64,000 nucleotides of DNA from an uncultured Candidatus Saccharibacteria bacterium (GCA_964446965.1 CAYUQD010000003.1:3989-67988), one strand, 5' to 3'. Numbered from the stretch's first letter, positions 45,478 through 55,797 are shown. Made by a program: numbers and translations. The notes: generated by a model from the letters alone, not told the origin.

Positions 45478-47613
45478 TTATAGATTACTATAGAAATACT
45501 GACTTGACTGTATTGATTGTAATACATGACTGTTGGGAGTGTCAGACTCCACTCGAGCGACGGGCACGACTGGAGTAGTATTGATGACGTATGCTTCGTT
45601 GATACACGTCGTATCTACTGGTGTACCTGCTGCTGCTTGTGCAGCTATGTAGCGCGCCTTTGCTCGAGAGACAATGTCCTGTGTTTGGCGATGGATCTCA
45701 GTGAGTTGTTCGAGCGCGTCTTCGGTATTGGAGATATTTTGGTTGTACTGAGTAGTGTACTCAGTGATGTTGCGGTTGTATCCGACGAGTTTGCCCGCCT
45801 CTTTGTACGCACTCTTTGCAAATGCCCGTGCATCTGCTTGTTGAAATGTTCCGGATTCTAGACTTGCATATGCAGTAGCGAGACTTTCTGGGTCAAAACC
45901 AGATGCATTGAGCTCATTGATGATGGTCAAGAGAGATGCTTCGAGGTATGGAATGATACTACTGACGTTGCCGGGCACATTGAAAGCACCAGCACTTTGT
46001 CTAATCATAAAAGTTTCTGGTTTGAGTTTGCGTTGTGTGTCGGTGACCTTGTCATAGAGAACTGGTTCACCGGCGAGAACTGGTGGAGGTGAAGTGTTCC
46101 CTCCACCAAAGAGTCCTCCAAGGATAGGAATACTACTCATGAATCCTTGGAGTGCAGTTGGACCACTTGCGGGTGGTTGCGAGAGACTACCGGTGAGTGC
46201 TTGGAAGTTATCAGAGAGCCCTGTCCCCCAACTCGGGTTGGGTCCGGGGAGGCAGTAGTCGAGCCAGCCGAGTGTTGGGACGATGCGCTCCATTGCGATC
46301 TGAGCATCACTCGCACGACTGATGTAGTCGTGTTGTGTCTGGAGAATGGCGCGGAGTTGTTGCGGACGACTAATATCAAAGTCGTTGTTATATCCACCAG
46401 TCGCGCTCTGGTACCCGAGTTGAATATCAGTAGTAGAGACACTTGCGAGGGGTTGACCGTTGGTGCCATAGACGACATTTGAGCCGACACCGATACCACT
46501 ACTGGTACCACCACGACTACCAACGTTCCCGAGACCATTTTGGAAAAGTCTGTTGATGAGCTGGTCAAAGAATGACCCAAGGACTTCATTGATCTTGTCT
46601 GCTTGTTCGAGCTGGCGCACTGCTGAGTTGGTCACATAGGATGTCTGCTGTGCAATGATGGCTCCCGGAGTGACAGTCTCGTAGCGAATGCATTTCGGAG
46701 CACCTGCTGGTGCGGCAGGAGTGATAGGGCCAGAGACAGTACCAGGAAGTTGCTCGTCCACCGGGACACCATTGGCAGTCGTTGCGCTGGTGAAGCGAAT
46801 GTCCTCGTACTCAGCACATTTCTTCATACTGAGGAAGCCGTTGCCTTGGACGAGTTCGCTCTTGATGTTTTCTTGGGCGTCAGAGATTTCGCGACTGACT
46901 TGCTCGCTCGCGCTAAAGTATGCCCCAAGTGGGTTGTTGCGGAAGTCGAGAAATGAATCCCACCCCCCATTAGTGAAGTCTTTTTGGAACTTTTCGTACT
47001 TTTGTCCCTCAGGAGTATTCATTACTTGACCGACGCGTCCATCATCAAATCCGGTGACTTGCGATGTAATGGTAGAACGGATAGCGTTGCCAAAGATTGA
47101 GTTGTTGTTCGGCACTCGAGCGAGGAAACTCTGGATCTTTTCGTCATTGATGGACTTGAGGTACGAGTCCATGTCGCGTACATAGAGTGGGTTGCCACTA
47201 AATCCGGTGTTGACCCAGTTGAGGGTTTTGTCAGAGACTTTTTGGAGGGCGTTCTTTGCGACTGCATAGGCGATGCCATCGAGACAGTTGGTCTTTTTTG
47301 CTTGCTTCTCAGCGAGCTTTTTTGCTTCTGAGTCTTTGACGGGGACCATTTGTGATGCACCAGGGATTGCGTAGAGGGCTTGTTGGCCGACAGCCGCAGG
47401 GTTTGGGCTCGAATTCCCAAATAAATCTGACGCCATACTCGAAATAGAACTTCCGATGTTGGTACAGTTGAGGATGGCACCACCGACTCCGCTAAATGAC
47501 ATTCCTTGAAAGCTCGTCGTTGCCGCACCTGGAGTACTTGGGGTGAAGGATTGTGCGCCGACAACGATCGGTGTACACAGTGCAAGTATGAATATAAACA
47601 GGGATCGTTGCAT
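45478..47613 (-). CDS. Large secreted protein of unknown function (711 aa)
   Basis: Signal peptide MQRSLFIFILALCTPIVVGAQS. No TM. Gly/Ser/Thr/Asn-rich. Confidence 0.55.
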   Translation of the reverse strand: MQRSLFIFILALCTPIVVGAQSFTPSTPGAATTSFQGMSFSGVGGAILNCTNIGSSISSMASDLFGNSSPNPAAVGQQALYAIPGASQMVPVKDSEAKKLAEKQAKKTNCLDGIAYAVAKNALQKVSDKTLNWVNTGFSGNPLYVRDMDSYLKSINDEKIQSFLARVPNNNSIFGNAIRSTITSQVTGFDDGRVGQVMNTPEGQKYEKFQKDFTNGGWDSFLDFRNNPLGAYFSASEQVSREISDAQENIKSELVQGNGFLSMKKCAEYEDIRFTSATTANGVPVDEQLPGTVSGPITPAAPAGAPKCIRYETVTPGAIIAQQTSYVTNSAVRQLEQADKINEVLGSFFDQLINRLFQNGLGNVGSRGGTSSGIGVGSNVVYGTNGQPLASVSTTDIQLGYQSATGGYNNDFDISRPQQLRAILQTQHDYISRASDAQIAMERIVPTLGWLDYCLPGPNPSWGTGLSDNFQALTGSLSQPPASGPTALQGFMSSIPILGGLFGGGNTSPPPVLAGEPVLYDKVTDTQRKLKPETFMIRQSAGAFNVPGNVSSIIPYLEASLLTIINELNASGFDPESLATAYASLESGTFQQADARAFAKSAYKEAGKLVGYNRNITEYTTQYNQNISNTEDALEQLTEIHRQTQDIVSRAKARYIAAQAAAGTPVDTTCINEAYVINTTPVVPVARVESDTPNSHVLQSIQSSQYFYSNL

Positions 47614-48512
47614 TATTGTTGTAGTATACCGTATTCGGACAAATAGTCAGTCAGTCCGATGACTGCAGTGTCGAGTTTGGTGTTGTAGTTTTTGTACAAG
47701 GCGACACCGATGAGTGCGGAGATACCATTATCAGAGAGTTGTTGAATGATCTCAAACGAGTCCCCTACTCCGGCAATACCATTGATAATATCGAGGTGGT
47801 AGTTGGCGACTCCGACAGGAGTCCGGACTGCGGCGAGCTCTTTGGTGAGTTTGATGTATTGTGCGCGTGTTGCAGTGAGTGCTTCGAGACCGCTTGTATC
47901 TTCGGTTTCGATAGCTTGGACGATGATGGCGATGTCGTCATCCCCTTTGCTATATCGAGAGAGAATATTCTTTACTTGGGTAGAGTAGGTGGTGAGAGAT
48001 TGACTCGTCGTCTGGATCGTCTGGATGTCTTTTGAGGAATAGGTATTGGTGACGAGGTCGGTATCGATCGATGAGCCAAAGTTTGCGGCGATCTCTTGCA
48101 ATGTTGCACTATCGACTGCCTCGGACTGACCGAGTGCTATCGCGAGCGTGTAGAGTTCGCGAGAGAGACGGTCGGTCTCGTTGGTAGGGGTTGTTGCAGT
48201 ACCCGAGACACCGAGCGACGCCTTTTTGTCTTCTATGATCTGTCTGTTGGATATGCCGTGAGTATAGAGGACTGTCGGGTCGAGGCCCCAGAGCTTTTCT
48301 TCCCAGTCGGGGATACCGTTACCATTTGTGTCTTGGTTGAGGATGTCTCCGACGGTGGTGTTGTCGACGGTGACGCGAGACTCGTCAGTATCTGACGAAA
48401 AGAGCCCTCGGAACCACGATGTCTGGACGATCAATACGATCGCGAGTACTCCGATAGCAATGCCGCCACGAATGAGGAACTGTTTACTTGGTCTGTTGGT
48501 GTCAGGCTGCAT
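47613..48512 (-). CDS. Membrane-anchored extracellular protein (possible VirB8-like position)
   Basis: Start at the internal Met (MQPDTNRPSKQFLIRGGIAIGVLAIVLIVQTSWF), placed just after the upstream stop. Single N-terminal TM plus a ~260-aa extracellular domain. Confidence 0.45.
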   Translation of the reverse strand: MQPDTNRPSKQFLIRGGIAIGVLAIVLIVQTSWFRGLFSSDTDESRVTVDNTTVGDILNQDTNGNGIPDWEEKLWGLDPTVLYTHGISNRQIIEDKKASLGVSGTATTPTNETDRLSRELYTLAIALGQSEAVDSATLQEIAANFGSSIDTDLVTNTYSSKDIQTIQTTSQSLTTYSTQVKNILSRYSKGDDDIAIIVQAIETEDTSGLEALTATRAQYIKLTKELAAVRTPVGVANYHLDIINGIAGVGDSFEIIQQLSDNGISALIGVALYKNYNTKLDTAVIGLTDYLSEYGILQQ

Positions 48513-48520
48513 AAGATATA

Positions 48521-48928
48521 TTAGAGTCCGTAGCTCCCACCAGAAACGCCGTAGTTTGTCGTTTTTTTCACAGGGAATGGTACTGAACCCATCGAGCACG
48601 TACTGAGGTTGGGGATGAGGTCGTGACGCCCGAGGACCCATTGAGTTACTTGAGGTTTCTTGGTAGGGCTAGTCGTATAGAGTGGAATGACTCCGTATAC
48701 ATTGCTCACGATGTTGCTGACACTGCCTCCTTGGAGAGTAGAGAGACCAGCTGCGAGGTTGCTCGCAAGTACGACTGGTCCTGTGCCCGTGCCAATACAG
48801 GTCACTGATGGAATACGGATCGAGAGAACCTTGCCACCAAATGGTTGTGTCATACCTGCGGCTCGCGCCATGTATGGGAGCGAGATGATACAGAGAATGA
48901 GTACGACGATGATGTGATAGTGTTTCAT
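48521..48928 (-). CDS. Small secreted protein (first gene of the cluster)
   Basis: Signal peptide MKHYHIIVVLILCIISLPYMARA. Gly/Ser/Thr/Val-rich mature part. Confidence 0.45.
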   Translation of the reverse strand: MKHYHIIVVLILCIISLPYMARAAGMTQPFGGKVLSIRIPSVTCIGTGTGPVVLASNLAAGLSTLQGGSVSNIVSNVYGVIPLYTTSPTKKPQVTQWVLGRHDLIPNLSTCSMGSVPFPVKKTTNYGVSGGSYGL

Positions 48929-48934
48929 TACACT

Positions 48935-49747
48935 CTATTGTACACCGTTTTTGTATTTTGCGAGTACGGCGACGAGTGTGTGCCACTGGATAAGTGTAAG
49001 CGTCTCGGGTCGAGCGGTATGTGGGATGTCGATCTCATGAAGTGCATGTAGTGCCATATCCTTGTCACCGAGGTAGTCACCGAGACTTTTTGCGAGTTGC
49101 TTTCGCTTTGTCCCAAATACTGCCTTCATCACTGCAAAGAACGCTTGCTCATCGATATCTGCAAAGAAATCTCTCGTGATCCCTTCTATCGAGACGATTG
49201 CACTCTCTACTGTTGGTGCGGGAGCAAATGCGCCTCGGGGTACACGTTCGATGATACGAGCTGTACCATATGCTGCTATCGCAATAGACAACACACTCTG
49301 TTTGCCATCGCGAGCGACGATGCGTTCTGCTACTTCGCGCTGCATGAGGAGGACCATCTGTGTGGGTGGATATGATGTACTGAGAAATTTCTCAATGATT
49401 GCCCCGGTAATGTAGTACGGAATGTTTGCGACGAGTTTGTATGATGGATATCCATATGCGCGCATAGCGACTGGGTCATAGGTGAGGATGTCTTGTTCGA
49501 TAATATCGAGCTTGTGATCGGCGAGGGCTTGGGCAAAGCGCTCGCGTAGGAGTGGGATGAGTTCGCGATCCTTTTCGATTGCAACGACCATGCCAGCAGT
49601 TGCTACGAGTCGCTCCGTCAGCACTCCGTGTCCTGGACCTATCTCAAGGATGAGGTCGTCTACATGATGATCTGCTGCACTGACAATAGATGCGAGCGCG
49701 CGTTCGCTCCGGAGGAAGTGTTGGCCGAGAGACTTTTTTGCTTTCAT
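48935..49747 (-). CDS. rsmA: 16S rRNA (adenine1518/1519-N6)-dimethyltransferase RsmA/KsgA
   Basis: KSLGQHFL, LEIGPGHGVLT (SAM motif I), NIPYYIT. Confidence 0.85.
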   Translation of the reverse strand: MKAKKSLGQHFLRSERALASIVSAADHHVDDLILEIGPGHGVLTERLVATAGMVVAIEKDRELIPLLRERFAQALADHKLDIIEQDILTYDPVAMRAYGYPSYKLVANIPYYITGAIIEKFLSTSYPPTQMVLLMQREVAERIVARDGKQSVLSIAIAAYGTARIIERVPRGAFAPAPTVESAIVSIEGITRDFFADIDEQAFFAVMKAVFGTKRKQLAKSLGDYLGDKDMALHALHEIDIPHTARPETLTLIQWHTLVAVLAKYKNGVQ

Positions 49748-49771
49748 ATATATAGACACACTATACCGTAT

Positions 49772-51679
49772 TTAGAGAAAGACGGTGGTAAATCCGGGTT
49801 CTCCCGCTCTCGTCTCCCTGACAATGATCTCTTCAGGGATGTCGAGGACAAACTCTGACGGCATTCGTACATCACGCATACCATATATAGTACGCATACT
49901 GGCGTAGGTAATATAGAGCTTGTGGCGAGCGCGAGTGATGGCAACATACATGAGTCGTCGCTCTTCTTCTGCATCAGCTCCTGTTGCTCCCCTATCTCGT
50001 CCACTAGGAAAGAGTCCTTGTTCGAGTCCGACGAGAAATACCACTGCAAACTCGAGTCCTTTTGCGGCGTGCACGGTCATGAGCTTCACCCCATCTGCGG
50101 CTTCGAGGTTGTCTTGGTCACTCATCAGTGTTGCTTCTTCGATTAGCTTTTCCATACCAGCTTCGGTCCCGAGATGGTCGTAGCGTGTTGCGATCGAGAC
50201 GAGTTCTCCGAGGTTCTGGAGGCGCTCTTCGCCGTCAGGTTCCCCTTTGTAAAAAGTATCCATCCCACTCTTTGTGATGATGTACTTGATACTCTCTGAC
50301 ACAGTGTTGCCTTCCATGTGTATGCGAATGTCTTCGAGGAGTGCAAAGAACTTCTGCACCGAGAGCTGTGCCTTGCCAGTGAGCGCTTCCTTGGCAAAGA
50401 CTTTTGCGATAGTGACCTTGCCGATACCACGAGCAGGGACGTTGATCGTGCGTTTGATATCGAGCAAACTGTCGGGGTTGATCGCGGCGCGCATGTACGA
50501 GAGCACGTCTTTGATCTCCTTTCGTTCAAAGAATCGCACTCCGAGCACTTGATATGGGATCGAGTACGAGAGGAATGCTTCTTCGAGCGCACGAGATTGC
50601 GCATTGGTGCGAAAGAGTACTGCAATGTCGCTTGGCTTCACACCTGCATCGATATGCTCTATTGCGCGCTCAACGACAAAGTTCGCCTCGTCACTCTCGT
50701 CGTATGCGGTGTACATTGAGATGAGTTCCCCATCGCTGTTGCTGGTGAAGAGGTTTTTGGGAGTGCGATAAGTATTTTTGTTGATGACTTCGTTTGCAGC
50801 GGCGAGGACGGTCTTGGTCGAGCGATAGTTTTCTTCGAGGATGACGACGACTGCTTCGGGATAGTCTCGCTCAAATTCCAAAATGTTTTTGATGTTGGCA
50901 CCACGCCATGAGTAGATACTCTGGTCAGAGTCACCGACGACACATATATTTTTTGTGTGCGACGCGAGAGCTTTTGCGATACGATACTGTACTTCGTTGG
51001 TGTCTTGGTACTCGTCGATGTGGATGTGTGACCAGGTGTTGTTGCACCATGCGCGGGCTTCGTCATGCTGTTCGAGGAGGAGGACCGTCTGTGTGAGCAA
51101 GTCGTCAAAGTCGAGCGCCTTTTGCTCAGCCTTGAGGGTGCGGTATTTGCGCCACACTCGTCCAGCGAGACGGTACTGCGGGTTTGCTTCCTTCTCGAGG
51201 TCATCGGGGCTGATGAATGCGTTAGCTGCGCGGCTAATGGTATTTTTGATTCCGCGAGGGTCGTTCTCCTTTGGGTCGAGACCTTGGGCGAGGAGCGACT
51301 CTTTGATGAGAGAGAGAGTGTCAGCGTCATCGAGAATGGTAAATCGCTTCACTGTCCCCCCGAATGCTCCGAACTTTCGCAACAAAAATACCCCCAGACT
51401 GTGGAACGTACTGACAAATGGCACACCATCGGCTCGCTCGATGAACGACATCTGCCCCAATAGATGGAGCGCTCGCTCGCGCATTTCTTTTGCAGCCTTG
51501 TTGGTGAAGGTCACGGCGAGTACTGCAGATGGTGCGACCCCTGTTGTGATGATGTGGCAGATGCGATGCACGACCGTCTTGGTCTTGCCAGCCCCTGCCC
51601 CAGCCACGATGAGGAGTGGTCCATCTGTGGTGAGGACTGCTTTGCGCTGAGCGTCATTGAGACCAGTAGTGAAATCCAT
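49772..51679 (-). CDS. UvrD/PcrA-family ATP-dependent DNA helicase (635 aa)
   Basis: LNDAQRKAV, Walker A AGAGAGKT, DEYQDTN, and the remaining SF1A helicase motifs. Confidence 0.85.
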   Translation of the reverse strand: MDFTTGLNDAQRKAVLTTDGPLLIVAGAGAGKTKTVVHRICHIITTGVAPSAVLAVTFTNKAAKEMRERALHLLGQMSFIERADGVPFVSTFHSLGVFLLRKFGAFGGTVKRFTILDDADTLSLIKESLLAQGLDPKENDPRGIKNTISRAANAFISPDDLEKEANPQYRLAGRVWRKYRTLKAEQKALDFDDLLTQTVLLLEQHDEARAWCNNTWSHIHIDEYQDTNEVQYRIAKALASHTKNICVVGDSDQSIYSWRGANIKNILEFERDYPEAVVVILEENYRSTKTVLAAANEVINKNTYRTPKNLFTSNSDGELISMYTAYDESDEANFVVERAIEHIDAGVKPSDIAVLFRTNAQSRALEEAFLSYSIPYQVLGVRFFERKEIKDVLSYMRAAINPDSLLDIKRTINVPARGIGKVTIAKVFAKEALTGKAQLSVQKFFALLEDIRIHMEGNTVSESIKYIITKSGMDTFYKGEPDGEERLQNLGELVSIATRYDHLGTEAGMEKLIEEATLMSDQDNLEAADGVKLMTVHAAKGLEFAVVFLVGLEQGLFPSGRDRGATGADAEEERRLMYVAITRARHKLYITYASMRTIYGMRDVRMPSEFVLDIPEEIIVRETRAGEPGFTTVFL

Positions 51680-51754
51680 AGTGGAGATAGTGTACTTTAT
51701 TTACAACAAAAGAAAAAACGCATGGGATACATGCGTTATATGCTACTTTAGACC

Positions 51755-52423
51755 TTATTGAGCCAATACGATATTTCTGGTTTTAATTTTTCCAAAAAAT
51801 TTCTCTATTCCCACCCACACTATGTACAATAGTTGAGCGTACAAAAAGTAACAGGTGTACATCGATACCCACTCACCCGCAGTGGGATCAATAATCTTTG
51901 AAAAGCTACCCATAATTAGTAATTGGGCTATATGAGCAAATATCATTGCTACTACGAAGATAGTCGTGAATATTTTACATTTGACCCACTCTGGTTTTGA
52001 CCCACACAATAGTCGCGATAACAAAAGTCCAAAAAGGACAGCAAAAATGAAACATATCACTATAGTACTCTGCTCACCACTCGAAGTATATATGAGTACG
52101 GGTACAATTTTTTCACCCTCTTCTCTCAAAACTACGCCGCGATACCTTACTTGGAGTGTAAATGCTGGAATATAAGCAAAAATACCAACTGGACCTTTAG
52201 TGCGATTAGTAATGAAGTTCATAGCGCTGATGATAGGAATTCTTCGATCAACGAATACTGTTTTTTTAATGGACACCTTTTCATTATTATGAACAAATGT
52301 CTTGGTAACAATACCGGTCCATCCAATAAACTCTACAGAATAGGCAGTATCTGATGAGTGTTGTGAAAATGATAATTGGCACAACAGGTTGGAAATGAGC
52401 AATAAACATAACGTTTTTTTCAT
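51755..52423 (-). CDS. Hypothetical protein with signal peptide and C-terminal TM helices (AT-rich)
   Basis: 222 aa. MKKTLCLLLISNLLCQLSFSQ is a signal peptide. Confidence 0.4.
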   Translation of the reverse strand: MKKTLCLLLISNLLCQLSFSQHSSDTAYSVEFIGWTGIVTKTFVHNNEKVSIKKTVFVDRRIPIISAMNFITNRTKGPVGIFAYIPAFTLQVRYRGVVLREEGEKIVPVLIYTSSGEQSTIVICFIFAVLFGLLLSRLLCGSKPEWVKCKIFTTIFVVAMIFAHIAQLLIMGSFSKIIDPTAGEWVSMYTCYFLYAQLLYIVWVGIEKFFGKIKTRNIVLAQ

Positions 52424-52525
52424 GATGATAAGTTTTTTGTAACTATACTTTATCTAAATCGATTGTCAATTTATATAAAAATAAGGGTTTTTTGGCAAAA
52501 AACTATTGACTAATGTTGTATAATA

Positions 52526-53668
52526 TTGTCATATCACAACCCGCGCGCATTTCATTGGTACACTAATGATCTACTTATGGTTCCACAACAAGATACACCC
52601 GGAACGTCTACCGACGTTCCCAAACGTTCAAAGAAGCATTTCTTCCGTGATATCGGCAAGAAACAGATTATTTACATAATAGTTCCCCTCTTACTCATTA
52701 ACGCAGGTATTGCGCATACTATTGCTGACCAGATCAAGATCAAGGCAAATGCAGAGACGCCTTTCATAGAGGTCAAAGACGAGAGTACAAGCGCCGATAG
52801 TGCAGATCTCGCAGACACCGATAGTACTGAGGAGTCTGAGATAGTCTCCGAAGGAGAAGACACCGTTATCACGACATACGTAGTCAAAAGTGGCGATACT
52901 CTTTCGGGTATTGCAGATAAGTTCAATATCACGATCAACACGATCCGTTGGGCCAATGACCTCACTGAGAAGACGTCCAAGATCAACATCGGCGACGAAC
53001 TCGTCATCCTCCCTGTTAGCGGAGTCGAACACACCGTCAAAAAGGGTGAGACTCTCTCTGGTATCGCCGCAAAGTATGACGCGAGCCAAGAAGATATCCT
53101 CAAGTACAATGACATTGAGAAAGATGCGATCAAGGTAGGGACCGAACTCATCATCCCTGGCGCAGAACCAATCGCTGTCAAAGCTCCGGCAAAGAAGGTT
53201 GTTGCGACAAAGACAACTTCTCCATCAACAACCACAAAAGTTGTAGCGACAACAGCTACGACAAAAGACGATGATGATGAAAAAGAACCTACAGCATCGT
53301 CTTCATACAGCACTCCGGTACACGGCATCCTTACCCAAGGGCTTCATGATGGCAACGCAGTAGACTTTGGTGTCTCAGTAGGTACGACAGTATCTGCATT
53401 CAAAAGCGGGGTCGTCACTATCGCAAAGAGTTCTGGATACAATGGCGGATACGGCAACTATATCGTCATCAGTCACGAAGGAAGTTGTCAGACGCAGTAC
53501 TCCCACCTCTCATCCGTCAGTGTTGCAGTTGGAGACAAGGTATCAATGGGAGAGACAATTGGTCGCTCAGGCAACACCGGACGATCGACTGGTCCACACC
53601 TCCACTTCAATGCTCGTAACTGTGGTGGCAATCCATTCTCAAAATTCAAAATCGGTACTCGTTTCTAA
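52526..53668 (+). CDS. Peptidoglycan hydrolase: 2x LysM plus M23 (LytM-type) metallopeptidase
   Basis: Two LysM repeats (YVVKSGDTLSGIADKF; HTVKKGETLSGIAAKY). M23 motifs HEGSCQTQYSHL and GPHLHFN. A Thr-rich linker separates the domains. Confidence 0.8.
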   Translation: MSYHNPRAFHWYTNDLLMVPQQDTPGTSTDVPKRSKKHFFRDIGKKQIIYIIVPLLLINAGIAHTIADQIKIKANAETPFIEVKDESTSADSADLADTDSTEESEIVSEGEDTVITTYVVKSGDTLSGIADKFNITINTIRWANDLTEKTSKINIGDELVILPVSGVEHTVKKGETLSGIAAKYDASQEDILKYNDIEKDAIKVGTELIIPGAEPIAVKAPAKKVVATKTTSPSTTTKVVATTATTKDDDDEKEPTASSSYSTPVHGILTQGLHDGNAVDFGVSVGTTVSAFKSGVVTIAKSSGYNGGYGNYIVISHEGSCQTQYSHLSSVSVAVGDKVSMGETIGRSGNTGRSTGPHLHFNARNCGGNPFSKFKIGTRF

Positions 53669-53671
53669 AAA

Positions 53672-53708
53672 AAGAATCCCCTCCAAATGTTGGAGGGGGT
53701 TTTGTTTA
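53672..53708. terminator. Bidirectional rho-independent terminator
   Basis: AATCCCCTCCAAATGTTGGAGGGGGTTTTGTTT. Lies between convergent genes. Confidence 0.6.
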
Positions 53709-54125
53709 GGCGGCAACGCCATTTGTTTCGATGAATGATTCAAATCGAACTTTTAGTTTGTCTTCGAGCCCATCGTTGTTGGTGCCTTCAATGTAAATTG
53801 TTTCCCCGGTAGATGCACACATAGCAACGACAAAGTATGGTTCGTTGTTGTGAATTATCTTGGATAATCCGATCCCATAAATATCGGCATAATGTTCACG
53901 CTCACTTTGCTTTTCGGGAAAATAAAATGGGGCAATCAATTGCTGCGCAATGTGTTCGGCTTGTTTCCGTGCATCCTGTTTGTTTGTGATGTTGAGCCTT
54001 TCAACATTTTTTGGGACTTCTCCATTGAAGTGAATTACTTTTCTGCAGGTTGTCAGCAGGGCTTGAGAGATCATGTTAAATAAATCTCGAGATGTTCGGT
54101 CAAAGACAAATAAATTTTGTTCCAT
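53706..54125 (-). CDS. Hypothetical protein
   Basis: 139-aa ORF; no recognised motif. Confidence 0.4.
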   Translation of the reverse strand: MEQNLFVFDRTSRDLFNMISQALLTTCRKVIHFNGEVPKNVERLNITNKQDARKQAEHIAQQLIAPFYFPEKQSEREHYADIYGIGLSKIIHNNEPYFVVAMCASTGETIYIEGTNNDGLEDKLKVRFESFIETNGVAA

Positions 54126-54174
54126 ATTCTTTTATATTTTTTGTGCATTCTACTGATATGGGAGATAAAGTCAA

Positions 54175-55680
54175 TCACTCAATTTTGGGTCGATACTGTA
54201 GTGCTTCGAGGATGTGTGTGAGGCCGATAGTGTCGGACTCATCGAGGTCGGCAATCGTTCGTGCAACTTTGATCGTGCGCATATAGACTCGTGGCGAGAG
54301 CTTGAGTTTCTCGGCGTAGACTTGGAGTTGGATGCGCGCATCATCGCTGAGGTTTGCGATGCTTTGTACTTCGCTCGATGTCAGTGCAGAGTTGAGTTTC
54401 CCATATCGATCATGTTGGATTGCACGCACTGTTGCTACGGTATTTCGTATTGCAGTACTCTCCCCAACTCTCGGTGCATCATGGAGTGTTGCGTACTCGA
54501 CGTGCTGGACGGGTACCCAGAGATCGATGCGATCGACGATTGGTCCCGAGAGTTTCTTGGTGTATCGTGCGATCTCAGCGCCACTGCACGTGCAGTGCTT
54601 GACCCCACTTCCTCGATATCCGCACGGACATGGATTCATCGCCGCGAGCAATATAAACCGCGCGGGGTATCGCACACTCCCTTTTGCCCGAGCGACTGTG
54701 ATCGATCCGTCTTCGATGGGTTCGCGCAATGCTTCGAGCACTCGTCGATCAAATTCGGGAAACTCATCGAGGTACAACACACCGCGATGTGCGAGCGTGA
54801 TGTCACCCGGACGCAGTTGTTGCCCGCCACCAATGATCGCAATATGCGACGCACTGTGATGTGGAGCACGCAATGGGACCGTTCCACCCAGCGCATCGTT
54901 GATGAGTCCGATTGATGAATAAATTGTTGCGACTTCGAGGAAGTCGTCTTGGGAGAGCGCGGGCATGATGCCATGGAATGCCTTGGCGAGCATCGACTTG
55001 CCGGTGCCAGGTGGACCGTAGAGTACGATGTTGTGTCCGCCAGCAGCGGCGATGGTGAGCGCGCGTTTGGCTTGGAGTTGACCTCGCACATCGGCAAAGT
55101 CTGTAGTTGTGGTATGTGACGAGGGTTGTGGTGGAGCATATATCGCCGCGTGTAACGACTCGACACCGAGGAGGTGTGAAACGAGGTCAGCAAGCGTCGG
55201 GATGAGATAGATCGTGATGCCATCGATCAGCGTTGCTTCTGTTTCATTTGCCTTGGGTACGTAGAGTTCTTTGTACTCGTGTGCCTTTGCCCACTGTGCG
55301 ATCGAGAGGATGCCACGCACGCTCCGTACGTCGCCATTGAGCCCAAGCTCTCCAACAAAGAGTTTGTCCGACTCATCGAATGCAATGTCCCCGATCGCGG
55401 TCAGGTATCCGAGTGCGATCGCCACATCAAAGTATGCGCCCTCTTTGCGCAGCTCTGCCGGCGAGAGCGACACAATGATCTTGTGGTTCTCGCTCTTGGG
55501 ATTCTTGTCGCAGTTGTTGCGCAGTGCCGAGATGACTCGCTCACGACTTTCTTCGACGCTCTTGTCGGGAAGCCCGACGATCTGGAATACATAGAGTCCC
55601 CGATTGATATCGGTCTCGACCACGACTCCCGCCGCGTGGAGTCCCGAGAGTTGTGCGCAATGAATTCTGGAGAAAGCCAT
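54175..55680 (-). CDS. comM: YifB/ComM-family Mg-chelatase-like AAA+ ATPase
   Basis: N-terminal ChlI-like Lon domain. Walker A GPPGTGKSML, Walker B LYLDEFPEF, C-terminal Mg_chelatase_C region. Confidence 0.85.
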   Translation of the reverse strand: MAFSRIHCAQLSGLHAAGVVVETDINRGLYVFQIVGLPDKSVEESRERVISALRNNCDKNPKSENHKIIVSLSPAELRKEGAYFDVAIALGYLTAIGDIAFDESDKLFVGELGLNGDVRSVRGILSIAQWAKAHEYKELYVPKANETEATLIDGITIYLIPTLADLVSHLLGVESLHAAIYAPPQPSSHTTTTDFADVRGQLQAKRALTIAAAGGHNIVLYGPPGTGKSMLAKAFHGIMPALSQDDFLEVATIYSSIGLINDALGGTVPLRAPHHSASHIAIIGGGQQLRPGDITLAHRGVLYLDEFPEFDRRVLEALREPIEDGSITVARAKGSVRYPARFILLAAMNPCPCGYRGSGVKHCTCSGAEIARYTKKLSGPIVDRIDLWVPVQHVEYATLHDAPRVGESTAIRNTVATVRAIQHDRYGKLNSALTSSEVQSIANLSDDARIQLQVYAEKLKLSPRVYMRTIKVARTIADLDESDTIGLTHILEALQYRPKIE

Positions 55681-55797
55681 GAAACAACCGTACCAAAAAA
55701 AGATAAAGATTTTCTAAAGTTTTTGTGAAACAAAATAAAAAAGCGCCTCTTAATGATTTTAAGAGGCGCAGAAAAGAGAATTACATAGTACATATAT

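Noticed and set aside
31497-48928. Interpretation of the T4SS-like cluster as an integrative conjugative element or plasmid segment
   Set aside because: No relaxase, VirD4-type coupling ATPase, integrase, tRNA/att boundary or compositional discontinuity is seen in or next to the cluster. It is flanked by core genes (ksgA/uvrD and yidC/dnaA). The only recombinase in the window (59484-60398) looks like housekeeping XerC/D and is 10 kb away.
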